A DNA stretch of 12,425 nt, taken from the NCBI GenBank assembly GCA_040384765.1, contig JAZKIQ010000010.1, forward strand, positions 80,872 to 93,296, read 5' to 3'. Numbering within the stretch: position 1 is the stretch's first letter; the number at the start of each line of letters is the position of its first letter. The notes beneath the pieces were generated by a model, which was given only the letters and a program-made list of their open reading frames with translations, searched no databases and had not been told where the DNA came from. Origin of the DNA: Patescibacteria group bacterium (lineage in GTDB: Bacteria; Patescibacteriota; Minisyncoccia; Phycocordibacterales; JBBUBG01). Of this stretch, positions 6,772 to 12,425 are shown piece by piece. The position numbers and the translations under genes were made by a program.

Positions 6772-7371
6772 ATGACCTTTTTTGAAAAAATAAAAACGAT
6801 CCTCGCGACCCCCTCCCTATTCTGGGAAAGTATATCAAGCGAAACTGGGTACCGATCAGCTTTTCGCTATCACGCAACCCTCACTCTCATTACAGCACTT
6901 ATCACCTCTGTTCTAAACAGCTACCTCCTAAGCACAGGATACGTTGACCCTATGCTTACCAAAGAGCTTGCGGAGCTATCAGCCAACCTCGGGATTGAAG
7001 GTGTTTTTGTGATACTGTTGGCCGTATTTGGGCTCTCTCTTTTTTCCCTACTCTTTACTGTGCTCGCAGCTCATTGGGGACATTTTTTTCTGGAACGGCT
7101 AGGAGGAGTCGGCAAACGAGAGGAAACATATCGTGCTTGGGCATACGCAAGCACGCCGGCAGTACTTGGTTCGGTTATCTCATTCATCCCCCTCGCAGGA
7201 AACATAGCCTCCATCTGGAGCATCTACCTTCGCTATCAAGCGCTTCAAAAATTCCACAAAATGAGCATCTGGAAAGTACTGGGAGCAGATCTTCTCGCGA
7301 TTCTCGTCGCCCTCGTTGTCTTTATCGTACTTATTTTTGCAATTATTGGTCCTCTTTTTTGGAAAGGTTAG
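6772..7371 (+). CDS. YIP1-family multi-pass membrane protein
   Basis: ILATPSLFWESI start, about 5 TM segments, LGGVGKREETYRAWAYASTP...FIPLAG...WSIYL pattern typical of prokaryotic Yip1 domains. Confidence 0.8.
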   Translation: MTFFEKIKTILATPSLFWESISSETGYRSAFRYHATLTLITALITSVLNSYLLSTGYVDPMLTKELAELSANLGIEGVFVILLAVFGLSLFSLLFTVLAAHWGHFFLERLGGVGKREETYRAWAYASTPAVLGSVISFIPLAGNIASIWSIYLRYQALQKFHKMSIWKVLGADLLAILVALVVFIVLIFAIIGPLFWKG

Positions 7372-7802
7372 GCCATCTCCCTTTTTATTTTCTCCGCAAC
7401 ATCTATCAGCTCTCGCTCCGGTGTAGCCTCTCGTGATCCCGGACGATACAAAAATGTGCGGGGTTCATACTCCGTAATCCCCTCATCCCCTTCCTTGCGT
7501 GGAAGCATGTGTAGGTGAAAATGCGGCACAGACTGACCGGCGATCTTCTCTTCGTTCCATGCATAGTTAAACCCTTCCGCGCCAAAAAGCTTTCCCAGTA
7601 CCGGCTTAAGCCGAAGCCTCATTTCAAGGATCGCCGCCAGCTCCTCCGTCGTCATATCTTCGAGCTTTGCTACGCATCGCACCGGTGCGATCAGTACATG
7701 CCCTGGAACTATCGGAATATTCGTAGGAAAAACCCACGCAAGCTCATTTCTAGCAATAGCTCGATCTTGTATCTCCGGCAGTTCACAGTATGCACATTTC
7801 AT
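7368..7802 (-). CDS. HIT-family nucleotide hydrolase
   Basis: N-terminal CAYC, PIVPGHVLIAP, GFN, and AGQSVPHFHLHMLPR histidine triad. Confidence 0.93.
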   Translation of the reverse strand: MKCAYCELPEIQDRAIARNELAWVFPTNIPIVPGHVLIAPVRCVAKLEDMTTEELAAILEMRLRLKPVLGKLFGAEGFNYAWNEEKIAGQSVPHFHLHMLPRKEGDEGITEYEPRTFLYRPGSREATPERELIDVAEKIKREMA

Positions 7803-7826
7803 CTTTTTTATTATTCGAAAAAATAG

Positions 7827-8489
7827 TTAGAGCGCAAGAATGAGTCGCTCCATTGCCATCTCGATCGGCAGTCCACCATTTTTATTTTCGTGATAGATCT
7901 TCACGATATCGCGAGACAGTCCTGAAAGCTGAAGAAAAAGCGGGCCACTTCGATCGCGCATCTTCGTAATCGAATCTTTTACTTTCCAGTTGAGCGGCCA
8001 GAGCAGCTCCTCCGCCGCCATCCCTTCCCGCAGGGCCTGCTCATACAAAAGCCATGCTCGTTTTTTTTCTCGAGCCACTACCGCATTGCCCAGATCAAAA
8101 CCGATCGTACTTCGAACTACCGGCTTTTTTGGAAGATCAAAAAAAAGGAGCTCTGGCTGTTTCAGTTTGCCCAAGGCGCGAAGGAGATCTTTTGAGAGAT
8201 CTTCCTCGGTAACAAAAATATGCGCTTCGCTCTTCGAAAGATCACTGAGAAACTGCAGGAAGACCGCACCGTGTTCTTTGTGAGCAAGGAGCTCTTTCGC
8301 AACCACCACCACCCCATCGTACAAAAAAGAGCTGCCGCCCACGGCGTTCTCGAGGAGTGCAGGATCCCATGACTCTGCAGAGAGTTCAAGGAGAAGCGGG
8401 TTGGAAAAAGTACGCACCGCACTTTCGTGTGCGGCATGAAACTCCCTGTTTCGCTTCTCTCTATCGGTACCGTAAAAAATCTGGATCAT
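7827..8489 (-). CDS. holA: DNA polymerase III delta subunit-like protein (shortened)
   Basis: MIQIFYGTD N-terminal strand, SFL...VVV clamp-contact region, collar-like FDLGNAVVAREKKRAW...G..AEELL, C-terminal ERLILAL; directly downstream of polA. Confidence 0.65.
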   Translation of the reverse strand: MIQIFYGTDREKRNREFHAAHESAVRTFSNPLLLELSAESWDPALLENAVGGSSFLYDGVVVVAKELLAHKEHGAVFLQFLSDLSKSEAHIFVTEEDLSKDLLRALGKLKQPELLFFDLPKKPVVRSTIGFDLGNAVVAREKKRAWLLYEQALREGMAAEELLWPLNWKVKDSITKMRDRSGPLFLQLSGLSRDIVKIYHENKNGGLPIEMAMERLILAL

Positions 8490-8492
8490 CTT

Positions 8493-10871
8493 CTATTCGA
8501 GCTCCTTAAGGTCACCCCAGTCCGCTCCCGCGGATACTTTTGCCGTAAACGGCACGGGAAACTCTGCCACATTCTCCATCACCTCTTTTACCATTTTTGC
8601 GACCGCTGCAAGCTTCTCTTTTTTTACTTCAAGCACCACATCATCGTGCACCTGGAGCAACATGCGCGCATCCTCGCCAAAAGCAGTCGTGAGTGCCTTG
8701 TCCATCTTCACCATGGCCAGCTTCATAATATCGGCGCTTGTCCCTTGGATCGGTGCATTCACCGCCATGCGCACCGCAGCTGCTTTTATATACGGGATCT
8801 TTGAGCGAATCTCCGGAAAGTAGCGGCGACGGCCAAAGTAGGTGGTGGTGTAGCCCGTGCGGCCCGCTTCGGAGGCAACCATATCGATATATGCCTTCAG
8901 ATCGCTAAACCTCTCAAAATAGGCATCGTGATATTTCTCCGCTTCGTCTTTTGATACGCCCAGATTTTGCTTGAGCGCCATCACCCCCATGCCATAGAGA
9001 ATACCGAAATTGAGCACCTTGGCACGGCGGCGCATGTCGACAGTCACCTCTTCTGCCCCTACCCCAAACACCTCCATGGCAACTGTCGTATGAATATCTT
9101 CTCCTCGCGAGAAAGCACCGACGAGCTTGCGATCGCCTGAAAGGAGCGCCGCAGAGCGCAGATCGATCTGCGAATAGTCAGCGGTAAGCAAGAGGTAGCC
9201 CGGCGAGGCTACGAAGGCTTTTCGGATATTTTTCCCAAGCTCCGTCTTGATCGGAATATTTTGGAGATTGGGATCGATCGATGCCATGCGGCCGGTCGCA
9301 GCGCCTATCTGTACAAATGTTGTGTGAATGCGCCCAGCCGGATCGGCAAGCGCACCGAGCGTATCGATATAGGTAGAGAGCAGCTTCTGGTATTCTCGAT
9401 ACTGCATAATCTCATCCACGATCGGGTGCGTCCCCACAAGCTTCTCAAGCTCGGACACCTTCGTGGAGCGTGCACCGCCCGCTGTTTTACGAAGCCCTTT
9501 TGCGGTAAGCCCAAGCTCGTCGAAAAGGACAGCCCCAAGCTGCTTCGGAGAGTTGATCGTGAACTCATGCCCCGCGTGTTCCCAGATCTTTTTTTCAAGA
9601 CGCACAAGCTCTATGTGATACTCCTTCGAAAGCTTCTCGAGGTGATGTCGATCGACCATGATCCCCTGCCGCTCCATCTTGCCAAGCACCGGTACAAGTG
9701 GAAGCTCAATCTCCTCCCACACCCGAGCGAGCCCATCATTTTCGATCCGTTTCAAAAGGAAGGTGAATGCCTCCTCAAGAGTTTTTGCTTTCGTGAGATC
9801 AAAAATATGCGCAGGTGTTGGTGCAGGCTCCGACGGGTCGATCACCGAATACGCAAGCGCCACCTTCTTGAAAAGGTCACTTTTCGTATCGAAATCTGGA
9901 CTGCTCTCTTCTGAACTCTGAACTCTGAACTCTGAACTCTTCTCTCCCAACTCTTCAAGGCGAGAGATGAGGCTCTTAAATCCGAGCTCTTTGGCAAAAG
10001 CCGCAGCCTTTGGCGCATCAAAGAGCTCTCTCCAACTTTTCTCTGGGAGGACAAACTCGATCGGCGCATCGCGCCTAATCGATGCAAGGGTCTTAGAAAA
10101 AAGCGCCTCCTCTTCGCCGTTCTTGAGGAGCTCAACAATCCGATCTTTGATGCCTGCCTCCTTGAGCTTTTCCGGACTCTTTTTTAGGGTCTTGTAGATA
10201 TTCTCGATCGATCCAAAATTGACGATAAGATCGGTTGCTGTTTTCTCGCCGATTCCCGCAATGCCGATAATATTGTCTGACGGGTCACCGCGAAGGCCTT
10301 TGTAGTCAGGCAGCAGTTCTGGCCCAAACCCAAATCGCTCTTTCACCTTTGCCTCGTTGTAGAGGATCGTATCGTTGATCCCTTTTTTAAGCGTGTAGAC
10401 GAGCACCCGATCATCATCAACAAGCTGCAGCGTATCCATATCGCCCGATGCGATGATCACCTGCACCTCCCCTTTTTTAAGAGCGGGCTGCAGCTGCTCT
10501 ACGATCGTGCCAAGCATATCGTCTGCTTCGAATCCGGGCTTTGAATATTCGACAAGGCCAAGGGCGTCGGCAAGCTCGTGCGCTCGAATGAGCTGAGCCA
10601 CAAGCGCCTCATCGGTCTTGGCGCGGCCCGCTTTATACTCTTTATAGGTGTCGTGTCTAAAGGTGGGGCCAGGCAGATCGAAGCACGCAAAGATATAGTC
10701 CGGGTTCATCTCTTTTATGAGCCGCAACAAAAGATTGGTGAATCCGTAAAGCGCCCCTGTTGGCTCCCCTCCCGGTGATACAAAGTCTGGCAGCGCATGG
10801 TAGCCGCGATGAAGAATCGCGTGAGCATCGAGCAAGACGATCTTCTTAGGCGCTGGCTTTTTACCACTCAT
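8493..10871 (-). CDS. polA: DNA polymerase I (5'-3' exonuclease + family A polymerase; 3'-5' exonuclease domain absent)
   Basis: LLDAHAILHRGYHA, GFEADD, SGDMD, LRGDPSDNIIGIAGIGEKTA; TGRMASIDPNLQNIP, motif A DYSQIDLR, motif B RRRAKVLNFGILYG, NAPIQGTSAD, motif C LQVHDD. Start probably ATG 10871, overlapping the tsaE stop. Confidence 0.97.
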   Translation of the reverse strand: MSGKKPAPKKIVLLDAHAILHRGYHALPDFVSPGGEPTGALYGFTNLLLRLIKEMNPDYIFACFDLPGPTFRHDTYKEYKAGRAKTDEALVAQLIRAHELADALGLVEYSKPGFEADDMLGTIVEQLQPALKKGEVQVIIASGDMDTLQLVDDDRVLVYTLKKGINDTILYNEAKVKERFGFGPELLPDYKGLRGDPSDNIIGIAGIGEKTATDLIVNFGSIENIYKTLKKSPEKLKEAGIKDRIVELLKNGEEEALFSKTLASIRRDAPIEFVLPEKSWRELFDAPKAAAFAKELGFKSLISRLEELGEKSSEFRVQSSEESSPDFDTKSDLFKKVALAYSVIDPSEPAPTPAHIFDLTKAKTLEEAFTFLLKRIENDGLARVWEEIELPLVPVLGKMERQGIMVDRHHLEKLSKEYHIELVRLEKKIWEHAGHEFTINSPKQLGAVLFDELGLTAKGLRKTAGGARSTKVSELEKLVGTHPIVDEIMQYREYQKLLSTYIDTLGALADPAGRIHTTFVQIGAATGRMASIDPNLQNIPIKTELGKNIRKAFVASPGYLLLTADYSQIDLRSAALLSGDRKLVGAFSRGEDIHTTVAMEVFGVGAEEVTVDMRRRAKVLNFGILYGMGVMALKQNLGVSKDEAEKYHDAYFERFSDLKAYIDMVASEAGRTGYTTTYFGRRRYFPEIRSKIPYIKAAAVRMAVNAPIQGTSADIMKLAMVKMDKALTTAFGEDARMLLQVHDDVVLEVKKEKLAAVAKMVKEVMENVAEFPVPFTAKVSAGADWGDLKELE
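9909..9940. repeat. CTCTGAA heptamer tandem repeat inside the polA linker
   Basis: ttctgaa ctctgaa ctctgaa ctctgaa ctct, encoding KSSEFRVQSSE. Confidence 0.85.
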
Positions 10872-11292
10872 ATATATGGGTTGTTTCATCCACGAAAGAG
10901 CACTCTACGGAAATCGCATCTGGAGGAATAAGTATTCGAACAATCTCCGGCCACTCAACACATACGATGTTTTTTGGATCGCTCACAATGTCGTGCCATC
11001 CCAAGAGAGCAAGCTCCTGTGGCTCCATGATTCTGTAGGCATCAATATGAATGAGGTGTGCGAACTCACTTTTTGGCAATTTATAAATCTTTTCAATAAC
11101 AAACGTGGGGCTTGTAATCGTTTCCGTTACCCCAAACGCCGCAGCAAGAGCCTGCACAAACGCAGTCTTGCCCGCACCCAGATCTCCCCCGAGCGCAATG
11201 ATCCGTGCTCTATTTGCGGCCGGCCGGAGACCAGCGGCAAACTCCTTTGCGATCACACTGGTCTCCTTGAGCGATTTCGACTCCCGTTTCAT
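10861..11292 (-). CDS. tsaE: tRNA threonylcarbamoyladenosine biosynthesis ATPase TsaE
   Basis: LGGDLGAGKT, ITSPTFVI, HIDAYRI, VEWPE motifs; start at ATG 11292 (alternative 11301). Confidence 0.96.
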   Translation of the reverse strand: MKRESKSLKETSVIAKEFAAGLRPAANRARIIALGGDLGAGKTAFVQALAAAFGVTETITSPTFVIEKIYKLPKSEFAHLIHIDAYRIMEPQELALLGWHDIVSDPKNIVCVEWPEIVRILIPPDAISVECSFVDETTHIYEW

Positions 11293-11319
11293 GGATCTCA
11301 TACTACTATCATTGGAGCA

Positions 11320-11353
11320 AAACAAAAGCGCCCCTCGCGGGGCGCTTTTGTTT
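11320..11353 (-). terminator. Intrinsic terminator downstream of the DUF11 gene
   Basis: Perfect 15-bp inverted repeat AAACAAAAGCGCCCC-tcgc-GGGGCGCTTTTGTTT; GCGA (GNRA) loop on the minus strand. Confidence 0.88.
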
Positions 11354-11359
11354 ACTAAG

Positions 11360-11385
11360 CTCTGAGCTCTAAACTCTGAACTCTG
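11360..11385. repeat. CTCTRAR heptamer array between stop codon and terminator
   Basis: ctctgag ctctaaa ctctgaa ctctg; same unit as the polA insert. Confidence 0.7.
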
Positions 11386-11388
11386 TTT

Positions 11389-12425
11389 TTAGACCAATGC
11401 TCGTACAAGAAGTGCTACGAGGATGAGCAAGATAAGCAATCCAAGCCATCCAAGAGCCGTCTTTGGGAAGAACCCACTGAGGGCAGATGAAGCCGTATTG
11501 TTTGTCTGTGTCGTCTCTACGATCGCACCAGTTGTCTCTCCGCTTGTACCCGTTGCTGCGCCACCCTGAAGCTGTGCTGTCGTTGGCGTACCTGATGCAG
11601 TGTTAAGCAAGATGGTGTTCACCGAGTTCGACTTCTTTGTCGAGCTACCGTTTGAAACGGTGGCAATGTTCTCGTGATTCGTGTTGCCCGGAAGTGAGCG
11701 CACACGTACCTGGAAAGCGACGGTGCGAGACTCTCCTGCACTGAGGGTGCCGAGATCCCATACCACGTCCGTCCCTTCGAGACGGCCGCCATTTGAAGCG
11801 CCGAGAAACTCGAAGTATGGCGAGAGCGTGTCGCGAACCGTGAGGTTCGAAGCAGCTGCCGATGCGCTCGTGTTTTTGAGGGTAATAGTGTACTCAACCA
11901 CGTCGCCTGGACGTGCTGCAAAACAGTCCTTTGTACCGTTCGGGAATGCAAGGTTTGCACCCGCTTTCGTGATCGTTACCTTAGAGAAACCGTTTGGAGC
12001 AACCGTCGTAGTGGTAACTACCGTTGGAGTAGCAGCTCGGAATGAAGTGGTGAACGCAAGCACGTTGCCGCGAACCACCTGGCCGTTTACGTTTGCAACT
12101 GCGCGGAAGAAGTAGGTCGTGTTTGGCGAAAGGCCAAGTACGATGCGCGAGAAGTTCTGCTGGCTAACCGGAGTAAACGGAAGAGTCTGCGGAAGCGACT
12201 GCTGAGGAAGCGTAACGTTCTGTGGTACGCCAAACGCGGGGTTGAAACCAAACGTTGCGGGACCATACTCAAACCATACCGTTGTCGGGAACGACACGTT
12301 CTGGTTTAGAAGACCATTGAGAATCGCCGAGTCGAACGATACACCCGTTGCTTGAAGCGTCTGAACAGAGGCGTTAAACGGAGTGACGGGATTGAACACG
12401 GTGTTCTGACCTGTCGTGAAGGTAA
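11389..12425 (-). CDS. Cell-surface protein with FN3-like repeat(s), DUF11 domain and C-terminal TM anchor, 5'-partial
   Basis: Frame is open to the window edge (TFTTGQNTVFNPV...). FN3-like SAILNG...WFEYG...GLSPNTTYFFRAVA...FTT; DUF11 ITK...PGDVVEYTITLKN...VRDTLSPYFEF...VVWDLGTLSAGESRTV...NIATV; Thr/Gly linker; hydrophobic C-terminus. Confidence 0.85.
   Translation of the reverse strand, partial: TFTTGQNTVFNPVTPFNASVQTLQATGVSFDSAILNGLLNQNVSFPTTVWFEYGPATFGFNPAFGVPQNVTLPQQSLPQTLPFTPVSQQNFSRIVLGLSPNTTYFFRAVANVNGQVVRGNVLAFTTSFRAATPTVVTTTTVAPNGFSKVTITKAGANLAFPNGTKDCFAARPGDVVEYTITLKNTSASAAASNLTVRDTLSPYFEFLGASNGGRLEGTDVVWDLGTLSAGESRTVAFQVRVRSLPGNTNHENIATVSNGSSTKKSNSVNTILLNTASGTPTTAQLQGGAATGTSGETTGAIVETTQTNNTASSALSGFFPKTALGWLGLLILLILVALLVRALV

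Noticed and set aside
6722-7826. Yip1 and HIT genes as an island integrated at tRNA-Lys
   Set aside because: No integrase and no duplicated tRNA 3' end (att site) found; HIT continues the polA operon.
3224-11385. Short repeats as a CRISPR array
   Set aside because: Units are 7 nt, tandem and without spacers; no cas genes are present.
8427-12272. Antisense and alternate-frame ORFs over polA, tsaE and the DUF11 gene (e.g. 9261-9914, 10876-11358, 11681-12115)
   Set aside because: Fully overlap well-supported genes, with no motifs or expression signals.
1-12425. UGA reassignment (genetic code 25): none of the 12 visible stop codons is TGA
   Set aside because: No in-frame TGA appears in any of the long genes, so standard code 11 explains everything.

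Overview
Gene-dense housekeeping segment, most likely from a Patescibacteria/CPR (Parcubacteria-like) genome. That assignment is an inference from the N-terminally truncated MurE, short PolA and HolA, VirD4/TrwB-like ATPase, CCA-less tRNAs and scarce Shine-Dalgarno sites. Left to right: a partial membrane-anchored coupling-protein-like ATPase (missed by the ORF track) with a small upstream partner; tandem tRNA-Arg(GCG) and tRNA-Arg(CCG); rpsT; ruvA-murE; a Cys-rich lamin-tail-like membrane protein; a SpoU/TrmH methyltransferase; tRNA-Lys(UUU); a Yip1 protein; a minus-strand tsaE-polA-holA-HIT run; and a partial FN3-like/DUF11 surface protein. I see no mobile element, CRISPR array or defence island, and no clearly novel multi-gene system. 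The best leads are: (1) PolA with Asp at the steric-gate Glu and at the motif C Glu, and no proofreading domain; (2) 7-nt tandem repeats that build two near-identical promoters, flank terminators and sit in frame in polA; (3) leaderless or very short-leader architecture at all seven operon-first genes; (4) inosine-independent Arg decoding; (5) a MurE with a non-canonical specificity motif.
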